DNA of 63,287 bases, the filler included, from Reticulomyxa filosa (Eukaryota; Protista; Foraminifera): NCBI GenBank assembly GCA_000512085.1. It is 23 parts of 23 records of this genome, joined end to end, with 100 filler letters (N's around TTAATTAATTAA, not from the genome) between each part and the next. Parts side by side here need not be neighbours in the genome. Positions count along the whole stretch, not along the records: positions 25,315 to 29,716 come from ASPP01008472.1; positions 29,817 to 30,816 come from ASPP01049299.1; positions 30,917 to 32,193 come from ASPP01017577.1; positions 32,294 to 35,281 come from ASPP01048075.1; positions 35,382 to 39,178 come from ASPP01015710.1; 18 more parts are not named here. One strand, given 5' to 3'. The notes under the pieces were generated by a model that ran no database searches, was not told where the DNA came from, and saw only the letters and a list, made by a program, of their open reading frames with translations. Shown piece by piece: positions 25,357 through 38,087 of this stretch (position 1 is its first letter; each line of letters opens with the position of its first letter). Made by a program: the position numbers and the translations under genes.

Positions 25357-26995
25357 ATGATTGATAATAAAATACCACAATTAAAAGGCATCTGGAAGTG
25401 CGACAATTCGAGAATTGCAATTGAAGAAATGAACAACTTTATCAAAGAATACAAAAAAAAACAAAAAAATGCGCAACGGGTAATCATTTGCGGGGATTTC
25501 AATTTGGATGTACGTACCTTTGAGGAGCGGATTCAAGATATGGAAGCGTCGTCCATGTGGCTGGCAAGTGCTCGTGGCAACCATATCAATTATGCGTCTT
25601 ACGACGTAAACGTGCATTTGAAGGAAAATATCGCCGTCGCTGCTACGACCACTCATTCTCACCAATCCAACAGATTGGCTCATTTCACGACCGACTGGCC
25701 ATTTCGAAACAACGAGTACAGAAAGCTGCTCCCTCATGAACATGAGGTGGAAGAGGATGGACATGCTTTGAAAAAGCCTACTCTTCCATTTTCTATTGAT
25801 AGCGACGGTGTTAATAATAATAATAACATGAATAATATTAACAATAGTAATGCGAATGAAAATGATAATAACATGCTTTTGCCTTCCTCACAAAAAAAAA
25901 AGTGGTCTTATTTCATTCAACAAAAATGGGACCATTTGCGATTGGGTCACAATGACAACAGTGCGTATCGACCACCCTCGGAACAACTCTTGGTAACTGT
26001 AGAAGAAGAAGAAGAAGAAGAAGAAAAAGAAGAAAAAGACAAAGAGAGGAGAACGCAAGAGAGAAAAAAAGACCCCGAAAGCGTAAATGCGAGCGCGATC
26101 AATATAAGCAATGCCTTGCTACTCTCCGCAACGGGGGTGAGTCATGAGCCCATTCCTCCCTTGGACAACGAAGACGACGATGATCAAAAAAAAAATCCCG
26201 AAGATGACGACGACAACGATGAAAAGGCGAAAGCAGGCAATTCAAACGACCTCCAAGTCTCTCCTTTATTGCAGCCAAAAGGTAAGAGTTATTTGTCTAC
26301 ATTTCAGTATCATTACGGCATTCTTTTTTTTTTTTTTTTTTGCAGTAGTCAATCTTTGTTATCACATTGCTCTGTGTTTTGCTCGGGGGGGGGGACTGGA
26401 TTTTTATTTATTTATTTTGTTTATTTACTTCAATCAAGCTGAATCTACTCCAGATGCACATTTTATTCTATCTTCTTTGCCAGCTTCAAATACAGATCAC
26501 GAATACGTAAAAAATGGACGTCACACATCTTCTTTGGAACATTCGCAGATTAACGACACTAACCCAAATATTTGCATCAATGTTGAGAAAATCGAAAATC
26601 CGAATTCAACTCCTGCCAATGCAAATGAAAAAACAAATGGTAAAGCGTCGAACGAACGAGAAAAAAAGACAGAAGGCACTGGAAAGTCACCAAGCAAAAG
26701 CATCCTTGGAGGCTCTTTGTTGACGTTCACTAGTCCGATTAATTTTGAAGAAATCCGCAAAAAAGTGGCCAGGCAAATGAAAATTGTTCCTTACATGGAT
26801 ATTGCTGCAAAACTAAATGCCATAAAAATTTCAACTGTGGACAGCACAGAACGGACAAACTTCAACTTGGATCATATTTTTATTGATTTTAAAACTTCCC
26901 AAAAACCTATCTGTACCATTCATGCCAAACGAAGAGGTTTGTCCGATCACTATTTGGTGATTTGCCAGTTCGAAAGTGTCAACACCAAATGTTGA
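25357..26995 (+). CDS. Endonuclease/exonuclease/phosphatase (EEP) family protein, 5'-partial
   Basis: RVIICGDFN, LDHIF and GLSDHYLV motifs; in-frame intron 26282-26438 (GTAAGA..AAG). Confidence 0.75.
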
Positions 26996-28369
26996 TTGTA
27001 AGATGTATTTTTTTTTTCTGTTTTGTTTATTGGATTGCAACACTTTGTACTTTTTATTTTCCTCAAATATTCTCTCCTTCTCTATTATTTATGAATTTTG
27101 CTGGCTTGAGAGATTCCTATCGCCTTGTCAAAAGGACAGTTTTTGGCTATCATTTTCTACTTTTTTTTCTCTTTTAATTGATGTTTTATTTTTTAAAAAA
27201 ATTTTATTTTGTTTTTCTAAAATAACCTATTTTGGGCTGTTCTCTTGCCATGGAAATATTGAAATAACTTGGATCCTTTTGCAAAAATGCTTAAGGAAAA
27301 GAAATGGGAGTGGACGAAAAATGAACCAGATTTTGATAAAAATGTATGTACTTCGTAATACAGAAATAAAGAGAGAAAAAAAACAAACTTGGATACCACT
27401 AAATTGATTAGCACATTTCAGAAAACGTGAATTTTGAACTGAGGTGTTGTTGACACAAAACATAAATAACACAAGAGAAAAGATCTAAGAACACTTTAAT
27501 TTGGTCCAACACACATCAGAAAACAATACATGGAATATATCCCCTCCCCCTCACGATAAAACGTCCCTTCCTTGTGTGCAACAAAAACAAATGCCATAAA
27601 TGGCACACAAGAAACGTTCAGTTTCTTTTTTTAATATATATTATATATTGTGGTTGTCAATTACAAACGCTCGATTTCAACCGTTATCTTCTTTTATTCC
27701 AATAACTCACTAAAAAGGGCAGGTATAATAGGAGCCAAAAAAAAGGGAAGTATCACTTTTCCACCTTTTTTCAGTGTGTTTTCACTTTCATCTTTCAGTT
27801 TTTTTTAAAAAACTGAAGGAGCATAACGTATTCTAAATAAAGCACAGCGATACTTCTTGTAAATAAAAACACCCTTTTTGCAAAAATTTAGAGCCATGAG
27901 TGAGAGGAGAGAAAAAAAAGATGGTAAAAAACAAAAAGGTAAAAAAAACAAAAAAACTAGCATAAATACTGTACTTTTTACATAGTTGATGATACATTAT
28001 TGTTGTTGTTGTTGTTGCAATTGTTATCTTTCGAATGACCATTGGATAACATGAGTGTTATTTGCTTCAGAGGTGAACAAAGACTAAATTGCAACAACAA
28101 CGAGCAATAGAGTAAATAATAAATAAAAATGCAACAGCAAGGTCAAATTTCCATATTCACTGACTGGCGGTTCTGAATATATTCGAGGTCATCATCCAAT
28201 CGTTTAGTGAGAAAAGTGGTCTATTTATAGATTGAGATGTGCAAATATTGTTTTTTTTTTTTTTTTTTAGATAATGGTGTATGTAATAACGCATCCCTTT
28301 CATCAATTGATTCAAGTTACAAGACCTGAAAAAAATTGAATAAAAGGAGAGAAAACATTTTTTTTTTTT

Positions 28370-29620
28370 TTCAAAAGAATAACTCGTTGAAAAGACGGTT
28401 TAAAGTCGAAATCATATCGATGTTTCTGTTGCTGCGGAATGGAAATGGTGTTCGATCTTTCGGTCGCACTGGGTGGTGACTGGATACAATGCTGTGGTTG
28501 TGACAGAAGTAGGGATTGATAGTAGTCACTCAAATGAAACTGCTCACCACTTTTGCGGGCAATTATCGAAGATGAAAAGTTGAATTTGCCGGGTGGCGTA
28601 ACTGGAGAGTATAGTTGCGGAGATTCGTTGGACGCAATGTGGTCCAAATGTTTGTCTGGGAAAGGGAAGAAAGACCAAAGTTGTTGGTATTTTTGTGGTT
28701 GATCTACATTTCGTTTTCGAAGCTGATTACCATTTCCATCACGTTTGTGGTCTGGTGTTTGGGATGTCTTTTCGTTGTGTCGATCACGTAGCAATGCAGC
28801 CAACCTTCCAACACGACAAGAGTGAGACCGCATTTTTACTGGTTTGAAGCTAGTTGTTGTGGTAGTATCATGGCAAAATCCCACTGACTTGGAACATTCA
28901 AGTGTGGGTCTTGAAAAAGGCACATGATCATTTTCGTCTTCTTCGTTCGCGTATACGTTTTCGTCTTTGTCTTCAGAAGACCCACTTTTTTTTTGCAGAC
29001 TACAAGAGTACGATATACGTTCGTTTCGCTCGTGATTGTTGGGGGATTGAGAATGCGCTTTGTCTGAGCAATGTCGCAAAGAACGTGTGTTTGGTTTTGA
29101 CACATTGCCATCATGCTGTTGAATCTTCCACAAACACAAGCGTAGTTTTCGATTGCTTTTCCACGTCGGCGTTGCTGTTTGTGCATTCTCTGCTCGTCTG
29201 CTTTTTTTCTGTGACTGCGATTTAATTGACGGTGGTAATGGTGGTGGCGAAAGGAAAGAGACAACAGATGTAGTTGTTTCATTGTCATTGTCATTGTCAT
29301 TATCATTATCGGTGGTTGGTGTTGCTATACTTTGATCGCTATTGGATTTGAAAGTACTTTGGAACTGTCTCCAATTCAGTCTTATTTCTTTTTCCATTTC
29401 TGCTCGTGCTTCTGTTTCGGTTTGCGATTTTGCGGGTGCATTCATTTCGCTACTCGTCTCGACTAAATCCACTTCGCTCGGATGGTTTAGTGATTCCACA
29501 GTTAACTTTTTCATAGTCTCGCTGGCTGTCCGCACATGTACCGAACTGCTTGCAAACAACATCGGTGGAGACTGGGGCACTACCATTATGTCAAGTGATC
29601 CATCACTTGCAGATCGATTC
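28370..29620 (-). CDS. Hypothetical Ser-rich low-complexity protein, internal exon
   Basis: Long ORF 28312-29682 bounded by intron-like tracts; downstream hydrophobic exon near 28000-28220. Confidence 0.5.
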
Positions 29621-29816
29621 ACTTTGTGTGTGTGTGTGTGTGTGTCGTTTTTTTTTTTTTTGTTTGTTTTGATTTGTCGCACATATTACATTCCTTTTTT
29701 TTTTTTTTCCTTTATANNNNNNNNNNNNNNNNNNNNNNNNNNNNNNNNNNNNNNNNNNNNTTAATTAATTAANNNNNNNNNNNNNNNNNNNNNNNNNNNN
29801 NNNNNNNNNNNNNNNN

Positions 29817-29863
<47 letters not shown>

Positions 29864-30024
29864 GAACACATAAATAAATAAATAAATAAATAAAAATAAA
29901 AATATATATGCATATATGTATATATATATTTATATATATTTAAATTGTAAATAAAAAGAAAAGAAACCAATAAAATAAGCGGCATAAAACAATTGAACAT
30001 AATCACGACACCCAATGGCTTGAA

Positions 30025-30816
30025 TATCAAACATGTCCAATGCCCGAATGTATTGTTCGGTTTCGCTAGTCACGTCCATCAGTTGCCTCCAATGTTTTCC
30101 GCTCTCTTCGTTGTCTGCTTTTGTGTGATTTAAATGTTTGAACGCCTCATTGTTTCGCGGCGATAGAAACTCCAGTATTTTTTTATTGTTTAAATACAGA
30201 GTTTGTAAATATTCCATCTGTTTTTTTTTTTTTTTTTATTGTTGTTGTTATTTCCATTGTTATTGATCAATAAACAAATCAATATACATATACATATATA
30301 TGTATAATGTATATATAAACCAATGTTAACTGTTCCCTCCATTGAACTTGAAACAAAGGAACCTGATTGGATGTTGATATCGGAATCGATTTTATTGGAT
30401 TTGAACGAGTCTGAATTACCATCTTTTTTTTTTTGAAAAATGGCCCGAAGTATTTCTTGTTCGTGTTCTTCCTGTCTTTGCCCTTGTTGATGTGATTGCT
30501 TCTTTTCTTTGTCATGGAGAGAGTGTGGAAACAACCAAGAAGAACCGGCTCTTATTTCTTCTTCTTTTTCGTCTCTCTTGTTCATATATGGGTTATGACA
30601 ACGCGACATCATTTTATTGGAATCATTCAACATAACCATCGATGCTCTTCTTGTATTTTCATTTCCATCGCTTTCCTCTGTTACATTCATGTTCATGTTC
30701 ATGTTCATGTTTATGTTCATATTCATATCCATATTCATGTTCATATTGGTGTTCGACGACTTTGGCTTCATTCGCGACGACAGAGATGGAATGGGATGTG
30801 TGTCGACCAATTCGCG
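30025..30816 (-). CDS. Hypothetical protein fragment with (MN)n repeat
   Basis: ORFs 30190-30810 and 29930-30217 separated by a TA-rich intron. Confidence 0.45.
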
Positions 30817-31668
30817 NNNNNNNNNNNNNNNNNNNNNNNNNNNNNNNNNNNNNNNNNNNNTTAATTAATTAANNNNNNNNNNNNNNNNNNNNNNNNNNNN
30901 NNNNNNNNNNNNNNNNATGATAATGATGATGATGATGATGATGATGATGATAGCAGTCCCACATCATTGATTGGATCCGAGTCCTCCAGAAATTTCTGTG
31001 CAGAGTCATGCAGGTAGTCCGGCGCACTTGGAAGATCGTCTATCGATGGCAGATCTTCTGGAAGTCTCGTGTCAGACACGTTCTGTGATTCCAGCCCTTG
31101 ATGCAGTAACGTGTACTGTGTATTCAACGAATCTATCGTCCCTTGTCTCAAGGGATCCCTACGCTTCATCAAGGTGCAGAAACTGAAAGAGTTGTGCAAG
31201 GCAAATGAGCTTCTTGATATAACATGGCGACACAACCTAGGCAGATACATTTTTTTTTTTTTTTTGGTGTCCCGGGCTTTCCTCTTTCTGTCTCTCTAAC
31301 AATTGCAAAGCAAGGATGCGATAGCAAGCATTGTACAACCCGTTTGCTCAACGACACATAAGAGTGTTAAAGTTTACTGTTTTGAAGACAAGTGAAAGGA
31401 AGTAAAAGGGGTTTTTTTTTAAAAATAGAACCTTGATCATCCCTCCCCACAAGTTAGCACATGAATTTTGATTCAGCGGATTCGCTTGTTTCCAATGAAA
31501 AGTTAAAACCATCAATTGTCTAAATCTGAAGTGTGAGTTTGTTTTTTTTATTTGCTTTTGTTTTTTCGGCTGATTCCGGGAACAACAGAGACAGAAAAAA
31601 AGAGAGAGGGGGGGATCGGAAAAATATAAAAAGGGGATCAAGAGAGAAAGAAAAAGATAAAGAGATGA

Positions 31669-32154
31669 GTGAAGCGAGCAACAGCAATGACAAATACGAT
31701 CGAATGGAATGGTGGAGATAAAGAATGGACCCAAGCGATGGAAGACGAAACAAATAAAAGTAAGAATAGCGCAACGACCGGAGCGAGTGATTACATGAAA
31801 AAATCAAAGCGCAAAACAAAAAGGGGAAAACATCACAGTAACGATCCTGTCCGTGTTAATGACAATAGCAATAGCAATAGCAATAGCAATGGCAATAGCA
31901 ATAACGAAAATGAAAACGGTGACGACAATGGCGGGCATCAGAGTAAGAGCAAACGCAATAAAAAAAGTAGGAAAGACAAGACCAGAGCCGGCAAAAGAAG
32001 CAGAAAACGTCACACGCACGTGCGTGAGCACAATAGACACCGTCACAACCACCCCAGTCATACCCGTAGTCACCACCGTAGTGACAGCAACGGGTTAGCC
32101 GCAGTCGCGCAAAGTCGGAGTAACAATCGAGACTTGGATTGCAATGATCACGAT

Positions 32155-32192
<38 letters not shown>

Positions 32193-32193
32193 C
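31669..32193 (+). CDS. Hypothetical low-complexity basic/His/Asn-rich protein fragment
   Basis: Open frame with (NS)n, K/R/H clusters and terminal (AAC)n. Confidence 0.4.
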
Positions 32194-32293
32194 NNNNNNN
32201 NNNNNNNNNNNNNNNNNNNNNNNNNNNNNNNNNNNNNTTAATTAATTAANNNNNNNNNNNNNNNNNNNNNNNNNNNNNNNNNNNNNNNNNNNN

Positions 32294-33944
32294 GATTATA
32301 TCGTCAGGTAACTAGAAAGGGACAGGCGCACAAACGGTCAACCAAATAACAGCAACTTCTTGAGGTCTTGCGAATGCACGCTTCAATTTCAAAGATCACT
32401 ATTTCCATCAATTATTCCGTTATTTTAGGACGACTGACGGACTTGAGGGAGTTGGTATCATTGAAAAGCTCGTCCCTAGAGCTACCATTTTTCGAGTGGT
32501 GGTCTTGTCAATGGCACAACCTTCCACTTTTCGAATCCGAGTGATTCGCCTTTTGGTATCCACGGCAACTACGTTTATGAGATGAGAGATAGGGGGAGGG
32601 GCTCGACTGCTGACATAAATATTGTCTACGCATTCATCCAGCAGGGCCCAGCGCCACCAGCACATTGACAGTATCCACACTTTTTTTCTTGATTTGATAA
32701 ATAATAGTGCGACTTTTGAATCGTTAATCAGATTATCGACTGGTACGACGTTGTTCCTTTTTGTAACAAATGGCAACATTAGCTCCAGCACACACCGAAT
32801 CAAATCGTAAAACAGTAGGGGCATCCAAAATTGACGGCGCACAACGCAAACCAACGATTGAAACATTGACAAATGAGTAAAAGAGAGAATGGACCACATT
32901 TTGTCGTTGTTGTCATTGGACTGCGCTTGATATTAATACTCGTGTAGTAACTTCCATTGGGAGGGGAGAGAGGGCGCACCATTTGAAATTCGTTCATGCT
33001 TCAGAATGAGCAATGCTCGATGTTGTTCGGAAGCTTACGATTCTTCCCATCAGCACGCGCATGATTAAAAGCCCAAATTTATGCATGTGCGCACACACGC
33101 CACTTCGACGCTGGTACCCAATCTGTGCGTTTCGACTGTGTCTTGAGTTTATAAAATTATTACCATTTCCATAACGATTGAGTTTCCCTTGCTAGCTGGC
33201 GCTTGTAGATCGCAGTTGGATACCTTCGTTGCGGATAATTGTTAGCTTGGCACAGCGCCAGAGACTTGTGTCTGCCTATGTTGATGGCAAACAAGTTCTT
33301 TCAAGTACTTCGGGTATTACTTCTAGACATTGCCATATTCGTTCATACTTTCGATAGTGGCGCGTTTCCAGACTTAAAAAGCCAATTCATGGAACCAATT
33401 TCAATAGAACAGGCCTACTAGTTGTTTTTTTTTATTTTTTAATTTTTAAACAAATTTAACAGGATATGATTTCGGAACGCTCTTTATCTTCATCTTCTTC
33501 ATCATTTTCCTCTTTTTGCTTGCTGATGTCCTGGGGTTTCTCAAACTAAATTGGACCACTCTTACATGTGATCGTTCACCCGATGTAGAGGTTTGCTCGT
33601 CGCAATATCGATTTTTTCTTTTTTTTCCTCGTCTTCAAATTCTTCGTCGGCCAGTCGCTGCTGCTGTTAGTACACCATAATATCGACATCGTTTTCACTT
33701 TCTTTTTTTCTTTTGGCGGGCTTGATTTTTATTCTGGCAACACCAAGACACAGATTGCGATTGGTGATACGATGTGAGGGTATCATTTATACTTTCTTTT
33801 TTTGACTTATTCGCTGTTGTTCTTCTTCGCGCTTTCTTGATTACCATCCAACAAATCGTTCGTATTACATAGCCGACCACAGGGATAGTTTGGCAATGAT
33901 ATAGAATCTTGCTCGACAAACGCAATGAACAAAACTCTTGAGAC
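32294..33944. pseudogene. Degenerate coding-like sequence of unidentified origin
   Basis: More balanced base composition than intergenic DNA but no long ORF; broken acidic coding-like patches on - strand (e.g. ENDEEDEDKE). Confidence 0.4.
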
Positions 33945-34445
33945 TTTTTTTCATCGTTTTTTTTTCTCTTTTTTTTTCTTTTTTCTCTTTTTTTTTTCTA
34001 ATTTTTTTCTAACTTTTTTACTATTTTTCTCATTTTTTTTTATCATTTTTCTCATTTTTTTTTATCATTTTTCTCATTTTTTTAGTCATTTTTCTCATTT
34101 TTTTTATCATTTTTCTCATTTTTTTTTCATTTTTCTCTCATTTTTCTCATTGTTATCTTTTTTTAAAAAATTTTTCAACATTTTTATATTTTTCTTCATT
34201 TTTCTAAAAAAAATAATTTTTAAACCCCCTTTCCCCCCCCCTTTTCACAATCTTTTCAACCCCTTTTCCCCCCTTTTATCTCCTTTCTATTTCTTTTTCC
34301 CACATTCATTTTCCCCCATTTTCAATTTATTTTATTTTCCCTTCATTTTTTCACTTATTTTTTCCCTTCATTTTTTCACTTATTTTTTCCCAATTTTCTT
34401 TTTACCCTTTTTCCCTCCAAATATTCAATATCCCCTAATTTCATA
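33945..34445 (+). repeat. Nearly G-free pyrimidine tract (copy 2) with imperfect tandem units
   Basis: About 500 nt with very few G; recurring TTTTTCTCA/TTTTTATCA units, then C-run-rich end. Confidence 0.85.
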
Positions 34446-35281
34446 GAAATAAAAAATAAAAATAAAAAATTAAAATATAAAAAACTTTACAATCTTTTTC
34501 TTCGATCTTTGAACACTATAAGCACATGCAAAAATTTTAATAGTTTTTTCATTTTTAACAAAAATAAACAAAAACATACTTTTGACGTAGAGCTTAAAGC
34601 TCTAATTCCAATCACCTATTTTTTTTTTATTTTGCTACGGGGAGGGGGTAAAAATTTATTGTTGATGGGGGCATGCCTATTCACAAACATACAAACATTT
34701 AATAAAAAAAATAAAAAATAAAAAAAAAATCTAAACTCTTTCATTTGTTTTGCAACGTGGGGTGGCTTCAACCCCGAAATTGTTCTTTGTGGGAAATTTG
34801 GATGGGGACGTATACACTTATTTTTTTTTTTGAACAGACGGGTTGCGGCTGTTAAAAAAAAAAGACTTAAATTATGTCAAAAAAAAAACAACGTATAAAT
34901 GTAGCACAAACCATTAGTACTCCTTGCGGAGACGGGGGGCCTTACCCCATAATCAATTATTTTTTTTCTCTTGGAGAAGGATGCAAAGCATCCAAACAAA
35001 AAAAACATTTTTTTAATATTTTTTCAGAGTTTGCGAACTGTTCAAACAAAAAAAAACAAAATCACTTTTTAAGCTGAAAAAAAATTGAAAAAAGAAAAGA
35101 GACATACTAGTATTGCGAAGATTGCGAAGACCACACTAATTACGAACCGGTGCGAGAAGGACAACCAAAGAAAAAAAAAAAGACCTTTTTTCTTGAATAA
35201 GTCACAGATACACAACTCATAAATGTTGATAAAAAAAATGTAAATTTGCAATTTTTGGTAATATTTTGACATTTTTGACAA
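34446..35281. repeat. Conserved hairpin-rich non-coding element, copy 2 (longer)
   Basis: Homologous to 3501-3923 up to ATTATGTC (34878), then several more short hairpins. Confidence 0.85.
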
Positions 35282-35549
35282 NNNNNNNNNNNNNNNNNNN
35301 NNNNNNNNNNNNNNNNNNNNNNNNNTTAATTAATTAANNNNNNNNNNNNNNNNNNNNNNNNNNNNNNNNNNNNNNNNNNNNAAAAAAAAAAAAAAAATTT
35401 TAAATCTAAACATATAAACATATATATGTGTATATATTTATATATTTATTAATCTTTACATATAAATATATACACTTATTTACAGTGAATAAAAAATTAG
35501 ATTACAACACTTCTCAAAAAAAAAAAAAAAAAAAATTGGGTGAGAAACC

Positions 35550-35934
35550 AAACTTGGACACGATACTTTGCGACAAACAAGTCGTCACGGTCGAGAACGG
35601 TTAAGTAGAAGGCACAATACCCCTCTTGAGAGTTTTTCCAACCGTTGACACATAACTCTAATTTGAATTGGCGGTGCTCTTTCTCCACGTTGGCTTCAAT
35701 GACACCCCGCTTGGCTCCTTTTGGAGCCAGTTTGGCCATGTGTAGAGACTGACGATCGATCTTCCAATTAATCACGTGCGTCACCGATGTTGTCTTCGTT
35801 TCGATCGACAGCTCGTCTCGCATTTTACTCGCAACGTCGCTCGTCTCTCCATTGTTGTGCCTGCTTTTCGTTGTCTCTGTCGTATTCAATCCATTGCTCT
35901 CCTTGCTGCTACTTCTGTTACTCTGTGTTTCCAT
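35550..35934 (-). CDS. MATH-domain protein, partial
   Basis: VTHVINWKID..FKLELCVNGWKNSQEGYCAFYLTV pattern. Confidence 0.6.
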
Positions 35935-36735
35935 TTGTTTTTTCAACCCCAAACATTTTTTTTTTTTTTTTTTTTTTTTGCACTTTTCCACTACTTTTGA
36001 TATCAATGTTATTTTTATTTGCTTGCTTGGACCAAGCCATAGTTGTTTTCTTTGCTAATGAAATTAGATGTACCAGTTCAAAAGATGCCATTGGTTTGTA
36101 TTATTCTAGTTTTTGCTTATCTTCTCTTTCCTGAGAGAAACAAGACCGATTTAACAACAAAGCTAAACAAATGTGCAGCTAAAACAACACCAAAATTTTT
36201 AATGGGCTGTCCAAGAACAAGCTATTTGGAAAGTGCTTACAAGAAAATTACAAGCGGTTGAAATAAAGATAAAACACCACCAAAATTTAATTTTTTTTAC
36301 CCACTTTTAACCAACGCAAACACTTGCTTGCAACTGCGTAGTTTCACGCACTATGGTAGGTCATTTAAAAAAAATATTTAAAAACAATTACGACTTGACT
36401 TAATCAGAATTTTTTGGTGTTTGTTGTTTCATTATTTATATATATATATAAATTACATGCTTGTTAAATTGCTAATACAGGTTTTGATTTTTATAAACTG
36501 GGAACATTGTAAATATCAAGCTATGCATTGGCTATGTTATCTACCATTAAAAAAAAAATAGTACGTGGACAAAATTTTCATTATAAATTAACTTAGAAAT
36601 ACTTTCTAAGATTTTCATGTTTGTACATTAGTAGAGCAAATTTTAATTCTTAGTCCAACAGCACATTTTTGTTAGTAGTATTTCTGCTAAAAGTTGTCAA
36701 ACAAAAAGGTTTTGTCTGAATAAAAAAATATTGAG

Positions 36736-37195
36736 ATGACAACAGATATAGCAGTGCGCAAATTTTTGGTTGCATTGAGTAATAGACTTGATTTTCACTG
36801 CCAATGTGAAACCCGAATGGTATTAAGAAATGCAAAGCAAGCGTATGGAGACTGCTGGTGGTGTGACATATGCAAAAAAAAGAAGAATGAAGAAGAACTT
36901 GTGTTCCATTGTCCTAAAATGCGCTCAACTATTCACCCTAACGGCTATGACTATTGTATCAACTGTGCCATTGATTGTTTCCGACACAAAGCGATCGCCA
37001 AATACAAAGCCGAGCAAGGACAAGAGGATGTGTCACATTCTGATCTTTTGTCAGACGAGCCCGATTTGTGCAAAACAATAGAAGAGATTGCCAAACGTCA
37101 ACAGAATTTCGTAGATGCCATTAAGCCAGGCAAAAGCATATGTATATCTCATTTTTTTGTTGTTGTTGTTTTTATTTTGGATGGCTCGGCAATTT

Positions 37196-37226
<31 letters not shown>

Positions 37227-37806
37227 GGGAGTTGCTTGATTGATGATCACTGACAACAGACAACGAGGACATTGATGAGAAAAAAAAAGAAGATCATCTA
37301 ATGCGATTTCCAAAAATAGAGCGTGCAACTTGCATTGAAGACCTTTCGAAAATACGACATGCGAGCAGAAAAGTCGTTGAATCGGCTTATGAGTTGGTTA
37401 ACATTATAGAAAAACTTAATCTTGCTTTGGACTCGGAAGCCTTCAAAATGTGTCGAAACTGGAAAAATTGGGAAACAGGTACCCTCAAAATATATATATA
37501 TATATATATATGTATATGTTACACTATATAGATGTAATGTAACATTATGTCAAATGCCATTTCGTGCAAAGTAGATGTATCTTATATTTCGTGTGTATTG
37601 ATGCAGAGGATGTAATTCAGTGGCTGTGTTGGATCAGAAATGAAAAGTACAAGGATACTGTGGATAAAGACAAAATAAGAAAGATGGAAATCAAGGGAAA
37701 ACAATTGGAAATTCTTACAGAATCAAACTTGGTGTCCTTTGGATTTCGTCAAGTTGATGATGCTTTGGATGTGGTGCAGCAAATTCGAGAGTTGCCACAA
37801 GATTAA
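36736..37806 (+). CDS. ZZ-like zinc finger protein with C-terminal SAM-like domain, multi-exon
   Basis: WWCDICK..FHCP..YDYCINC; last exons W..EDVIQWL..KY..EIKGKQLEILTESNLVSFG. Confidence 0.6.
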
Positions 37807-38087
37807 AAAAGCTTAACCTGTTTCTTGGCTCTCACAACTATGTCTTAATTAATGTTACTTACGGTAAACAAAATCATACGGTTTCAAAATCTTTACTTAG
37901 TGTGTCTGATCTTTCTCTTCTCCATTTTTATAATTTTGATAGACGAGATCACGACAACTTTTTTTTTTTTTTTGTCTTGGGGATTTCAAAAAAAAATTTT
38001 TGTTTGTTGGAGCAATTGTACTTTGTTGAGGAAATTTTCAAAAAAAAAAAAGTATTGAAAAAAAAAAAGTTGCGTGATAAAAATGTC

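Noticed and set aside
30917-31250. Coding exon on either strand
   Set aside because: Open frames on both strands without motifs; strand could not be decided.
33925-34446. 173-aa Phe-rich ORF
   Set aside because: By-product of the pyrimidine tract, which rarely forms stops.
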